NCBI GenBank assembly: GCA_965235115.1
Contig: OZ249436.1
Location: 24,430,001-24,494,000, forward strand
Direction: 5' to 3'
DNA: 64,000 nucleotides
From: Laetmonice hystrix
Lineage: Eukaryota
The translations under genes were made by a program, and so were the position numbers. The notes beneath the pieces were generated by a model. That model had not been told where the DNA came from. It ran no database searches and was given only the letters and a program-made list of their open reading frames with translations. This document shows positions 10,701 to 25,700 of this stretch, in pieces. How positions within the stretch are numbered: the stretch's first letter is position 1; the number at the start of each line of letters is the position of its first letter.

Positions 10701-13700
10701 CTCTCTACCAATATCATGCACCTAGTCCGTATACGAGGTTGTAATTTACTTTAATCAACGGGCTGCGCCGCAGCAACCCACTCTGGTCTTTGCAATCTTT
10801 TTCAATATGCGTTAACATTTGTGACCAGCTCAACGCGCCTTGTAAAATTTTTCAAAGTGCGTAAAAGTGTGTGTCCACCCCGACACGCTTTCCAAACCAC
10901 TATACCCACCGAGCGACATCCACTCAAATACAGGCTTCGACCGATCCTCACTGTGCCAATAATCCGCCACAAGGCAAATTCAGTCAATGCAAGCTGGAAA
11001 ACCGAATGTCAAACCTAATGCTCCCCCCCCAGCACGTTAACTGAAAAAAATCAACTAGCTTGAAAACTAGAATATAGCTTTGTTTAGCTAACAATCTACT
11101 CTCCCAGCGCCATCAACTCGCATACAGGCGTAAAAGCAAACGCACTGCCCCATATAATGCTCCCAGCATAAAACGATGTTGCAATTAATTTAAAATTAAC
11201 AAGATGCACTAGTAATCCGATCCAAGCTTAATTACGTCATTGCTAGTTTCATAACCAAATCTCACAGAAAATACCCCACCCGGGCACATAACCTGAAAAT
11301 ATTCAACTTTTATCTCCAATGTATCCCTGTGCACCTAGTAGCACCCAAGCGGGCCCAATTTTGACATTCCAACACAAATACCGCAAATACCCGCCTAATG
11401 GCACAAAAAACTTTCTACCCCGTTGCAAGTCACATTAGCTTGCTGCTTGTCGTAAAAAATGGTGCAGACCATTTCTAAAGTCACAGTACCCCACTCCCGG
11501 CCTAATATTACGTTTCAGTATCCATATACGCTGCAAGCGGCAGGAACTCGAATACAGGCCTAAAAGTAACCCCAGTCTAGCAATATCATACTCTCATGCC
11601 ATATACGAGCTTGTAATTATCTTTAATTAATGGGCTCCGCAGCACCAACCCACTGCATTAACATTTGTTTAACAGCTTAACGCACCTTGTAAAAAAATTT
11701 TCAAGTGCGTAAAAATGCGTGTCCACCTCCACATACTTTAAAAATCACTATACCCACCCAGCGACATTCACTCTAATACACGCCTAAGAGGAACTTCACT
11801 GTCCCATTTGATTCTCCAGCACGTATAGGATGTTTCAAGTAACATTTATCCACGGTCTGGCCCAATAACGTGCAACAAGGCATAGTAAGTCAATGCGAGC
11901 TCGCATGTCAAACCTAACCCGCCCCCCAGCACATGAGCTGAAAATATTCAAATAGCTTGAAAACTAGAATATAGCTTTGCTTAATACCATTATACCATCA
12001 ACTCGCATTACAGGCCTAATGCGAAGCTCCCAGCCTAAAACGAGTTTCCAATTAATTTAAAGTTAACAAGATGCACTAATAATCGATTCCAAGCCTAATT
12101 AGGCCATTGCTAGTTGGATAACCAAATCTCATACAAAATACACCCTCCCGGCAGATGACCTGAGAATATTCAACTCTTATGTCCGATATATCCCTGTCCG
12201 CTTAGTAGCACCCAGCCGGGCCCCCATTTTGACATTGCAACACCAATACAGCAAGTGCCCAGCTAACAGCACAAATAACAGGATTCAGGGCTTCCTACCA
12301 CGTTACAAGTCACAATAGATTGCTGCCTGTCGTAAAAATATACCAGACCATTTTAAAAAGTCACAGAACCCCAATCCGGCCCTAATATGTCACTCCCAGT
12401 ACCAATACACGCTGGAAGCACCATCAACTGAAATTCAGGCCTAGAACCCACCTCTCTCTACCAATATCATGCACCTAGTCCGTATACGAGGTTGTAATTT
12501 ACTTTAATCAACGGGCTGCGCCGCAGCAACCCACTCTGGTCTTTGCAATCTTTTTCAATATGCGTTAACATTTGTAACCAGCTCAACGCGCCTTGTAAAA
12601 TTTTTCAAAGTGCGTAAAAGTGTGTGTCCACCCCGACACGCTTTCCAAACCACTATACCCACCGAGCGACATCCACTCAAATACAGGCTTCGACCGATCC
12701 TCACTGTGCCAATAATCCGCCACAAGGCAAATTCAGTCAATGCAAGCTGGAAAATCGAATGTCAAACCTAATGCTCCCCCCCCCAGCACGTTAACTGAAA
12801 ATAATCAACTAGCTTGAAAACTAGAATATAGCTTTGTTAAGCTAACAATCTACTCTCCCAGCGCCATCAACTCGCATACAGGCGTAAAAGCAAACGCACT
12901 GCCCCATATAATGCTTCCAGCCTAAAACGATGTTGCAATTAATTTAAAATTAACAAGATGCACTAGTAATCCGATCCAAGCCTAATTACGTCATTGCTAG
13001 TTTCATAACCAAATCTCACAGAAAATACCCCACCCGCGCACATAACCTGAAAATATTCAACTTTTATCTCCAATGTATCCCTGTGCACCTAGTAGCACCC
13101 AAGCGGGCCCAATTTTGACATTCCAACACAAATACCGCAAATACCCGCCTAATGGCACAAAAAACTTTCTACCCCGTTGCAAGTCACATTAGCTTGCTGC
13201 TTGTCGTAAAAAATGGTGCAGACCATTTCTAAAGTCACAGTACCCCACTCCCGGCCTAATATTACGTTTCAGTATCCATATACGCTGCAAGCGGCAGGAA
13301 CTCGAATACAGGCCTAAAAGTAACCCCAGTCTAGCAATATCATACTCTCATGCCATATACGAGCTTGTAATTATCTTTAATTAATGGGCTCCGCAGCACC
13401 AACCCACTGCATTAACATTTGTTTAACAGCTTAACGCACCTTGTAAAAAATTTTCAAGTGCGTAAAAATGCGTGTCCACCTCCACATACTTTAAAAATCA
13501 CTATACCCACCCAGCGACATTCACTCTAATACACGCCTAAGAGGAACTTCACTGTCCCATTTGATTCTCCAGCACGTATAGGATGTTTCAAGTAACATTT
13601 ATCCACGGTCTGGCCCAATAACGTGCAACAAGGCATAGTAAGTCAATGCGACCTCGCATGTCAAACCTAACCCGCCCCCCAGCACATGAGCTGGAGATAT

Positions 13701-16700
13701 TCAAATAGCTTGAAAACTAGAATATAGCTTTGCTTAATACCATTATACCATCAACTCGCATTACAGGCCTAATGCGAAGCTCCCAGCCTAAAACGAGTTT
13801 CTAATTAATTTAAAGTTAACAAGATGCACTAATAATCGATTCCAAGCCTAATTAGGCCATTGCTAGTTGGATAACCAAATCTCATACAAAATACACCCTC
13901 CCGGCAGATGACCTGAGAATATTCAACTCTTATGTCCGATATATCCCTGTCCGCTTAGTAGCACCCAGCCGGGCCCCCATTTTGACATTGCAACACCAAT
14001 ACAGCAAGTGCCCAGCTAACAGCACAAATAACAGGATTCAGGGCTTCCTACCACGTTACAAGTCACAATAGATTGCTGCCTGTCGTAAAAATATACCAGA
14101 CCATTTTAAAAAGTCACAGAACCCCAATCCGGCCCTAATATGTCACTCCCAGTACCAATAGACGCTGGAAGCACCATCAACTGAAATTCAGGCCTAGAAC
14201 CCACCTCTCTCTACCAATATCATGCACCTAGTCCGTATACGAGGTTGTAATTTACTTTAATCAACGGGCTGCGCCGCAGCAACCCACTCTGGTCTTTGCA
14301 ATCTTTTTCAATATGCGTTAACATTTGTGACCAGCTCAACGCGCCTTGTAAAATTTTTCAAAGTGCGTAAAAGTGTGTGTCCACCCCGACACGCTTTCCA
14401 AACCACTATACCCACCGAGCGACATCCACTCAAATACAGGCTTCGACCGATCCTCACTGTGCCAATAATCCGCCACAAGGCAAATTCAGTCAATGCAAGC
14501 TGGAAAATCGAATGTCAAACCTAATGCTCCCCCCCCCCCAGCACGTTAACTGAAAATAATCAACTAGCTTGAAAACTAGAATATAGCTTTGTTAAGCTAA
14601 CAATCTACTCTCCCAGCGCCATCAACTCGCATACAGGCGTAAAAGCAAACGCACTGCCCCATATAATGCTCCCAGCCTAAAACGATGTTGCAATTAATTT
14701 AAAATTAACAAGATGCACTAGTAATCCGATCCAAGCCTAATTACGTCATTGCTAGTTTCATAACCAAATCTCACAGAAAATACCCCACCCGCGCACATAA
14801 CCTGAAAATATTCAACTTTTATCTCCAATGTATCCCTGTGCACCTAGTAGCACCCAAGCGGGCCCAATTTTGACATTCCAACACAAATACCGCAAATACC
14901 CGCCTAATGGCACAAAAAACTTTCTACCCCGTTGCAAGTCACATTAGCTTGCTGCTTGTCGTAAAAAATGGTGCAGACCATTTCTAAAGTCACAGTACCC
15001 CACTCCCGGCCTAATATTACGTTTCAGTATCCATATACGCTGCAAGCGGCAGGAACTCGAATACAGGCCTAAAAGTAACCCCAGTCTAGCAATATCATAC
15101 TCTCATGCCATATACGAGCTTGTAATTATCTTTAATTAATGGGCTCCGCAGCACCAACCCACTGCATTAACATTTGTTTAACAGCTTAACGCACCTTGTA
15201 AAAAATTTTCAAGTGCGTAAAAATGCGTGTCCACCTCCACATACTTTAAACATCACTATACCCACCCAGCGACATTCACTCTAATACACGCCTAAGAGGA
15301 ACTTCACTGTCCCATTTGATTCTCCAGCACGTATAGGATGTTTCAAGTAACATTTATCCACGGTCTGGCCCAATAACGTGCAACAAGGCATAGTAAGTCA
15401 ATGCGACCTCGCATGTCAAACCTAACCCGCCCCCCAGCACATGAGCTGGAGATATTCAAATAGCTTGAAAACTAGAATATAGCTTTGCTTAATACCATTA
15501 TACCATCAACTCGCATTACAGGCCTAATGCGAAGCTCCCAGCCTAAAACGAGTTTCTAATTAATTTAAAGTTAACAAGATGCACTAATAATCGATTCCAA
15601 GCCTAATTAGGCCATTGCTAGTTGGATAACCAAATCTCATACAAAATACACCCTCCCGGCAGATGACCTGAGAATATTCAACTCTTATGTCCGATATATC
15701 CCTGTCCGCTTAGTAGCACCCAGCCGGGCCCCCATTTTGACATTGCAACACCAATACAGCAAGTGCCCAGCTAACAGCACAAATAACAGGATTCAGGGCT
15801 TCCTACCACGTTACAAGTCACAATAGATTGCTGCCTGTCGTAAAAATATACCAGACCATTTTAAAAAGTCACAGAACCCCAATCCGGCCCTAATATGTCA
15901 CTCCCAGTACCAATAGACGCTGGAAGCACCATCAACTGAAATTCAGGCCTAGAACCCACCTCTCTCTACCAATATCATGCACCTAGTCCGTATACGAGGT
16001 TGTAATTTACTTTAATCAACGGGCTGCGCCGCAGCAACCCACTCTGGTCTTTGCAATCTTTTTCAATATGCGTTAACATTTGTGACCAGCTCAACGCGCC
16101 TTGTAAAATTTTTCAAAGTGCGTAAAAGTGTGTGTCCACCCCGACACGCTTTCCAAACCACTATACCCACCGAGCGACATCCACTCAAATACAGGCTTCG
16201 ACCGATCCTCACTGTGCCAATAATCCGCCACAAGGCAAATTCAGTCAATGCAAGCTGGAAAATCGAATGTCAAACCTAATGCTCCCCCCCCCCAGCACGT
16301 TAACTGAAAATAATCAACTAGCTTGAAAACTAGAATATAGCTTTGTTAAGCTAACAATCTACTCTCCCAGCGCCATCAACTCGCATACAGGCGTAAAAGC
16401 AAACGCACTGCCCCATATAATGCTCCCAGCCTAAAACGATGTTGCAATTAATTTAAAATTAACAAGATGCACTAGTAATCCGATCCAAGCCTAATTACGT
16501 CATTGCTAGTTTCATAACCAAATCTCACAGAAAATACCCCACCCGCGCACATAACCTGAAAATATTCAACTTTTATCTCCAATGTATCCCTGTGCACCTA
16601 GTAGCACCCAAGCGGGCCCAATTTTGACATTCCAACACAAATACCGCAAATACCCGCCTAATGGCACAAAAAACTTTCTACCCCGTTGCAAGTCACATTA

Positions 16701-19700
16701 GCTTGCTGCTTGTCGTAAAAAATGGTGCAGACCATTTCTAAAGTCACAGTACCCCACTCCCGGCCTAATATTACGTTTCAGTATCCATATACGCTGCAAG
16801 CGGCAGGAACTCGAATACAGGCCTAAAAGTAACCCCAGTCTAGCAATATCATACTCTCATGCCATATACGAGCTTGTAATTATCTTTAATTAATGGGCTC
16901 CGCAGCACCAACCCACTGCATTAACATTTGTTTAACAGCTTAACGCACCTTGTAAAAAATTTTCAAGTGCGTAAAAATGCGTGTCCACCTCCACATACTT
17001 TAAACATCACTATACCCACCCAGCGACATTCACTCTAATACACGCCTAAGAGGAACTTCACTGTCCCATTTGATTCTCCAGCACGTATAGGATGTTTCAA
17101 GTAACATTTATCCACGGTCTGGCCCAATAACGTGCAACAAGGCATAGTAAGTCAATGCGACCTCGCATGTCAAACCTAACCCGCCCCCCAGCACATGAGC
17201 TGGAGATATTCAAATAGCTTGAAAACTAGAATATAGCTTTGCTTAATACCATTATACCATCAACTCGCATTACAGGCCTAATGCGAAGCTCCCAGCCTAA
17301 AACGAGTTTCCAATTAATTTAAAGTTAACAAGATGCACTAATAATCGATTCCAAGCCTAATTAGGCCATTGCTAGTTGGATAACCAAATCTCATACAAAA
17401 TACACCCTCCCGGCAGATGACCTGAGAATATTCAACTCTTATGTCCGATATATCCCTGTCCGCTTAGTAGCACCCAGCCGGGCCCCCATTTTGACATTGC
17501 AACACCAATACAGCAAGTGCCCAGCTAACAGCACAAATAACAGGATTCAGGGCTTCCTACCACGTTACAAGTCACAATAGATTGCTGCCTGTCGTAAAAA
17601 TATACCAGACCATTTTAAAAAGTCACAGAACCCCAATCCGGCCCTAATATGTCACTCCCAGTACCAATAGACGCTGGAAGCACCATCAACTGAAATTCAG
17701 GCCTAGAACCCACCTCTCTCTACCAATATCATGCACCTAGTCCGTATACGAGGTTGTAATTTACTTTAATCAACGGGCTGCGCCGCAGCAACCCACTCTG
17801 GTCTTTGCAATCTTTTTCAATATGCGTTAACATTTGTGACCAGCTCAACGCGCCTTGTAAAATTTTTCAAAGTGCGTAAAAGTGTGTGTCCACCCCGACA
17901 CGCTTTCCAAACCACTATACCCACCGAGCGACATCCACTCAAATACAGGCTTCGACCGATCCTCACTGTGCCAATAATCCGCCACAAGGCAAATTCAGTC
18001 AATGCAAGCTGGAAAATCGAATGTCAAACCTAATGCTCCCCCCCCCAGCACGTTAACTGAAAAAAATCAACTAGCTTGAAAACTAGAATATAGCTTTGTT
18101 TAGCTAACAATCTACTCTCCCAGCGCCATCAACTCGCATACAGGCGTAAAAGCAAACGCACTGCCCCATATAATGCTCCCAGCCTAAGACGATGTTGCAA
18201 TTAATTTAAGATTAACAAGATGCACTAGTAATCCGATCCAAGCCTAATTACGTCATTGCTAGTTTCATAACCAAATCTCACAGAAAATACCCCACCCGCG
18301 CACATAACCTGAAAATATTTAACTTTTATCTCCAATGTATCCCTGTGCACCTAGTAGCACACAAGCGGGCCCAATTTTGACATCCCAACACAAATACCGC
18401 AAATACCCGCCTAATGGCACAAAAAACTTTCTACCCCGTTGCAAGTCACATTAGCGTGCTGCTTGTCGTAAAAAATGGTGCAGACCATTTCTAAAGTCAC
18501 AGTACCCCACTCCCGGCCTAATATTACGTTTCAGTATCCATATACGCTGCAAGCGGCAGGAACTCGAATACAGGCCTAAAAGTAACCTCAGTCTAGCAAT
18601 ATCATACTCCCATGCCATATACGAGCTTGTAATTATCTTTAATTAATGGGCTCCGCAGCACCAACCCACTGCATTAACATTTGTTTAACAGCTTAACGCA
18701 CCTTGTAAAAAATTTTCAAGTGCGTAAAAATGCGTGTCCACCTCCACATACTTTAAAAATCACTATACCCACCCAGCGACATCCACTCTAATACACGCCT
18801 AAAAGGAACTTCACTGTCCCATTTGATTCTCCAGCACGTATAGGATGTTTCAAGTAACATTCATCCACGGTCTGGCCCAATAACGTGCAGCAAGGCATAG
18901 TAAGTCAATGCGAGCTCGCATGTCAAACCTAACCCGCCCCCAAGCACATGAGCTGAAAATATTCAAATAGCTTGAAAACTAGAATATAGCTTTGCTTAAT
19001 ACCATTATACCATCAACTCGCATTACAGGCCTAATGCGAAGCTCCCAGCCTAAAACGAGTTTCCAATTAATTTAAAGTTAACAAGATGCACTAATAATCG
19101 ATTCCAAGCCTAATTAGGCCATTGCTAGTTGGATAACCAAATCTCATACAAAATACACCCTCCCGGCAGATGACCTGAGAATATTCAACTCTTATGTCCG
19201 ATATATCCCTGTCCGCTTAGTAGCACCCAGCCGGGCCCCCATTTTGACATTGCAACACCAATACAGCAAGTGCCCAGCTAACAGCACAAATAACAGGATT
19301 CAGGGCTTCCTACCACGTTACAAGTCACAATAGATTGCTGCCTGTCGTAAAAATATACCAGACCATTTTAAAAAGTCACAGAACCCCAATCCGGCCCTAA
19401 TATGTCACTCCCAGTACCAATACACGCTGGAAGCACCATCAACTGAAATTCAGGCCTAGAACCCACCTCTCTCTACCAATATCATGCACCTAGTCCGTAT
19501 ACGAGGTTGTAATTTACTTTAATCAACGGGCTGCGCCGCAGCAACCCACTCTGGTCTTTGCAATCTTTTTCAATATGCGTTAACATTTGTGACCAGCTCA
19601 ACGCGCCTTGTAAAATTTTTCAAAGTGCGTAAAAGTGTGTGTCCACCCCGACACGCTTTCCAAACCACTATACCCACCGAGCGACATCCACTCAAATACA

Positions 19701-22700
19701 GGCTTCGACCGATCCTCACTGTGCCAATAATCCGCCACAAGGCAAATTCAGTCAATGCAAGCTGGAAAATCGAATGTCAAACCTAATGCTCCCCCCCCAG
19801 CACGTTAACTGAAAAAAATCAACTAGCTTGAAAACTAGAATATAGCTTTGTTTAGCTAACAATCTACTCTCCCAGCGCCATCAACTCGCATACAGGCGTA
19901 AAAGCAAACGCACTGCCCCATATAATGCTCCCAGCCTAAGACGATGTTGCAATTAATTTAAGATTAACAAGATGCACTAGTAATCCGATCCAAGCCTAAT
20001 TACGTCATTGCTAGTTTCATAACCAAATCTCACAGAAAATACCCCACCCGCGCACATAACCTGAAAATATTCAACTTTTATCTCCAATGTATCCCTGTGC
20101 ACCTAGTAGCACCCAAGCGGGCCCAATTTTGACATTCCAACACAAATACCGCAAATACCCGCCTAATGGCACAAAAAAACTTTCTACCCCGTTGCAAGTC
20201 ACATTAGCTTGCTGCTTGTCGTAAAAAATGGTGCAGACCATTTCTAAAGTCACAGTACCCCACTCCCGGCCTAATATTACGTTTCAGTATCCATATACGC
20301 TGCAAGCGGCAAGAACTCGAATACAGGCCTAAAAGTAACCCCAGTCTAGCAATATCATACTCTCATGCCATATACGAGCTTGTAATTATCTTTAATTAAT
20401 GGGCTCCGCAGCACCAACCCACTGCATTAACATTTGTTTAACAGCTTGACGCACCTTGTAAAAAATTTTCAAGTGCGTAAAAATGCGTGTCCACCTCCAC
20501 ATACTTTAAAAATCACTATACCCACCCAGCGACATTCACTCTAATACACGCCTAAGAGGAACTTCACTGTCCCATTTGATTCTCCAGCACGTATAGGATG
20601 TTTCAAGTAACATTCATCCACGGTCTGGCCCAATAACGTGCAACAAGGCATAGTAAGTCAATGCGAGCTCGCATGTCAAACCTAACCCGCCCCCCAGCAC
20701 ATGAGCTGAAAATATTCAAATAGCTTGAAAACTAGAATATAGCTTTGCTTAATACCATTATACCATCAACTCGCATTACAGGCCTAATGCGAAGCTCCCA
20801 GCCTAAAACGAGTTTCCAATTAATTTAAAGTTAACAAGATGCACTAATAATCGATTCCAAGCCTAATTAGGCCATTGCTAGTTGGATAACCAAATCTCAT
20901 ACAAAATACACCCTCCCGGCAGATGACCTGAGAATATTCAACTCTTATGTCCGATATATCCCTGTCCGCTTTGTAGCACCCAGCCGGGCCCCCATTTTGA
21001 CATTGCAACACCAATACAGCAAGTGCCCAGCTAACAGCACAAATAACAGGATTCAGGGCTTCCTACCACGTTACAAGTCACAATAGATTGCTGCCTGTCG
21101 TAAAAATATACCAGACCATTTTAAAAAGTCACAGAACCCCAATCCGGCCCTAATATGTCACTCCCAGTACCAATACACTCTGGAAGCACCATCAACTGAA
21201 ATTCAGGCCTAGAACCCACCTCTCTCTACCAATATCATGCACCTAGTCCGTATACGAGGTTGTAATTTACTTTAATCAACGGGCTGCGCCGCAGCAACCC
21301 ACTCTGGTCTTTGCAATCTTTTTCAATATGCGTTAACATTTGTAACCAGCTCAACGCGCCTTGTAAAATTTTTCAAAGTGCGTAAAAGTGTGTGTCCACC
21401 CCGACACGCTTTCCAAACCACTATACCCACCGAGCGACATCCACTCAAATACAGGCTTCGACCGATCCTCACTGTGCCAATAATCCGCCACAAGGCAAAT
21501 TCAGTCAATGCAAGCTGGAAAATCGAATGTCAAACCTAATACTCCCCCCCCCCAGCACGTTAACTGAAAATAATCAACTAGCTTGAAAACTAGAATATAG
21601 CTTTGTTTAGCTAACAATCTACTCTCCCAGCGCCATCAACTCGCATACAGGCGTAAAAGCAAACGCACTGCCCCATATAATGCTCCCAGCCTAAAACGAT
21701 GTTGCAATTAATTTAAAATTAACAAGATGCACTAGTAATCCGATCCAAGCTTAATTACGTCATTGCTAGTTTCATAACCAAATCTCACAGAAAATACCCC
21801 ACCCGGGCACATAACCTGAAAATATTCAACTTTTATCTCCAATGTATCCCTGTGCACCTAGTAGCACCCAAGCGGGCCCAATTTTGACATCCCAACACAA
21901 ATACCGCAAATACCCGCCTAATGGCACAAAAAACTTTCTACCCCGTTGCAAGTCACATTAGCGTGCTGCTTGTCGTAAAAAATGGTGCAGACCATTTCTA
22001 AAGTCACAGTACCCCACTCCCGGCCTAATATTACGTTTCAGTATCCATATACGCTGCAAGCGGCAGGAACTCGAATACAGGCCTAAAAGTAACCTCAGTC
22101 TAGCAATATCATACTCCCATGCCATATACGAGCTTGTAATTATCTTTAATTAATGGGCTCCGCAGCACCAACCCACTGCATTAACATTTGTTTAACAGCT
22201 TAACACACCTTGTAAAATTTTTTCAAGTGCGTAAAAATGCGTGTCCACCTCCACATACTTTAAAAATCACTATACCCACCCAGCGACATCCACTCTAATA
22301 CACGCCTAAAAGGAACTTCACTGTCCCATTTGATTCTCCAGCACGTATAGGATGTTTCAAGTAACATTCATCCACGGTCTGGCCCAATAACGTGCAACAA
22401 GGCATAGTAAGTCAATGCGAGCTCGCATGTCAAACCTAACCCGCCCCCAAGCACATGAGCTGAAAATATTCAAATAGCTTGAAAACTAGAATATAGCTTT
22501 GCTTAATACCATTATACCATCAACTCGCATTACAGGCCTAATGCGAAGCTCCCAGCCTAAAACGAGTTTCCAATTAATTTAAAGTTAACAAGATGCACTA
22601 ATAATCGATTCCAAGCCTAATTAGGCCATTGCTAGTTGGATAACCAAATCTCATACAAAATACACCCTCCCGGCAGATGACCTGAGAATATTCAACTCTT

Positions 22701-25700
22701 ATGTCCGATATATCCCTGTCCGCTTAGTAGCACCCAGCCGGGCCCCCATTTTGACATTGCAACACCAATACAGCAAGTGCCCAGCTAACAGCACAAATAA
22801 CAGGATTCAGGGCTTCCTACCACGTTACAAGTCACAATAGATTGCTGCCTGTCGTAAAAATATACCAGACCATTTTAAAAAGTCACAGAACCCCAATCCG
22901 GCCCTAATATGTCACTCCCAGTACCAATAGACGCTGGAAGCACCATCAACTGAAATTCAGGCCTAGAACCCACCTCTCTCTACCAATATCATGCACCTAG
23001 TCCGTATACGAGGTTGTAATTTCCTTTAATCAACGGGCTGCGCCGCAGCAACCCACTCTGGTCTTTGCAATCTTTTTCAATATGCGTTAACATTTGTGAC
23101 CAGCTCAACGCGCCTTGTAAAATTTTTCAAAGTGCGTAAAAGTGTGTGTCCACCCCGACACGCTTTCCAAACCACTATACCCACCGAGCGACATCCACTC
23201 AAATACAGGCTTCGACCGATCCTCACTGTGCCAATAATCCGCCACAAGGCAAATTCAGTCAATGCAAGCTGGAAAATCGAATGTCAAACCTAATGCTCCC
23301 CCCCCCAGCACGTTAACTGAAAATAATCAACTAGCTTGAAAACTAGAATATAGCTTTGTTAAGCTAACAATCTACTCTCCCAGCGCCATCAACTCGCATA
23401 CAGGCGTAAAAGCAAACGCACTGCCCCATATAATGCTCCCAGCCTAAAACGATGTTGCAATTAATTTAAAATTAACAAGATGCACTAGTAATCCGATCCA
23501 AGCCTAATTACGTCATTGCTAGTTTCATAACCAAATCTCACAGAAAATACCCCACCCGCGCACATAACCTGAAAATATTTAACTTTTATCTCCAATGTAT
23601 CCCTGTGCACCTAGTAGCACACAAGCGGGCCCAATTTTGACATCCCAACACAAATACCGCAAATACCCGCCTAATGGCACAAAAAACTTTCTACCCCGTT
23701 GCAAGTCACATTAGCGTGCTGCTTGTCGTAAAAAATGGTGCAGACCATTTCTAAAGTCACAGTACCCCACTCCCGGCCTAATATTACGTTTCAGTATCCA
23801 TATACGCTGCAAGCGGCAGGAACTCGAATACAGGCCTAAAAGTAACCTCAGTCTAGCAATATCATACTCCCATGCCATATACGAGCTTGTAATTATCTTT
23901 AATTAATGGGCTCCGCAGCACCAACCCACTGCATTAACATTTGTTTAACAGCTTAACGCACCTTGTAAAATTTTTTCAAGTGCGTAAAAATGCGTGTCCA
24001 CCTCCACATACTTTAAAAATCACTATACCCACCCAGCGACATCCACTCTAATACACGCCTAAAAGGAACTTCACCGTCCCATTTGATTCTCCAGCACGTA
24101 TAGGATGTTTCAAGTAACATTCATCCACGGTCTGGCCCAATAACGTGCAGCAAGGCATAGTAAGTCAATGCGAGCTCGCATGTCAAACCTAACCCGCCCC
24201 CAAGCACATGAGCTGAAAATATTCAAATAGCTTGAAAACTAAAATATAGCTTTGCTTAATACCATTATACCATCAACTCGCATTACAGGCCTAATGCGAA
24301 GCTCCCAGCCTAAAACGAGTTTCCAATTAATTTAAAGTTAACAAGATGCACTAATAATCGATTCCAAGCCTAATTAGGCCATTGCTAGTTGGATAACCAA
24401 ATCTCATACAAAATACACCCTCCCGGCAGATGACCTGAGAATATTCAACTCTTATGTCCGATATATCCCTGTCCGCTTAGTAGCACCCAGCCGGGCCCCC
24501 ATTTTGACATTGCAACACCAATACAGCAAGTGCCCAGCTAACAGCACAAATAACAGGATTCAGGGCTTCCTACCACGTTACAAGTCACAATAGATTGCTG
24601 CCTGTCGTAAAAATATACCAGACCATTTTAAAAAGTCACAGAACCCCAATCCGGCCCTAATATGTCACTCCCAGTACCAATACACGCTGGAAGCACCATC
24701 AACTGAAATTCAGGCCTAGAACCCACCTCTCTCTACCAATATCATGCACCTAGTCCGTATACGAGGTTGTAATTTACTTTAATCAACGGGCTGCGCCGCA
24801 GCAACCCACTCTGGTCTTTGCAATCTTTTTCAATATGCGTTAACATTTGTGACCAGCTCAACGCGCCTTGTAAAATTTTTCAAAGTGCGTAAAAGTGTGT
24901 GTCCACCCCGACACGCTTTCCAAACCACTATACCCACCGAGCGACATCCACTCAAATACAGGCTTCGACCGATCCTCACTGTGCCAATAATCCGCCACAA
25001 GGCAAATTCAGTCAATGCAAGCTGGAAAATCGAATGTCAAACCTAATGCTCCCCCCCCAGCACGTTAACTGAAAAAAATCAACTAGCTTGAAAACTAGAA
25101 TATAGCTTTGTTTAGCTAACAATCTACTCTCCCAGCGCCATCAACTCGCATACAGGCGTAAAAGCAAACGCACTGCCCCATATAATGCTCCCAGCCTAAG
25201 ACGATGTTGCAATTAATTTAAGATTAACAAGATGCACTAGTAATCCGATCCAAGTCTAATTACGTCATTGCTAGTTTCATAACCAAATCTCACAGAAAAT
25301 ACCCCACCCCCGCACATAACCTGAAAATATTCAACTTTTATCTCCAATGTATCCCTGTGCACCTAGTAGCACCCAAGCGGGCCCAATTTTGACATTCCAA
25401 CACAAATACCGCAAATACCCGCCTAATGGCACAAAAAACTTTCTACCCCGTTGCAAGTCACATTAGCTTGCTGCTTGTCGTAAAAAATGGTGCAGACCAT
25501 TTCTAAAGTCACAGTACCCCACTCCCGGCCTAATATTACGTTTCAGTATCCATATACGCTGCAAGCGGCAAGAACTCGAATACAGGCCTAAAAGTAACCC
25601 CAGTCTAGCAATATCATACTCTCATGCCATATACGAGCTTGTAATTATCTTTAATTAATGGGCTCCGCAGCACCAACCCACTGCATTAACATTTGTTTAA

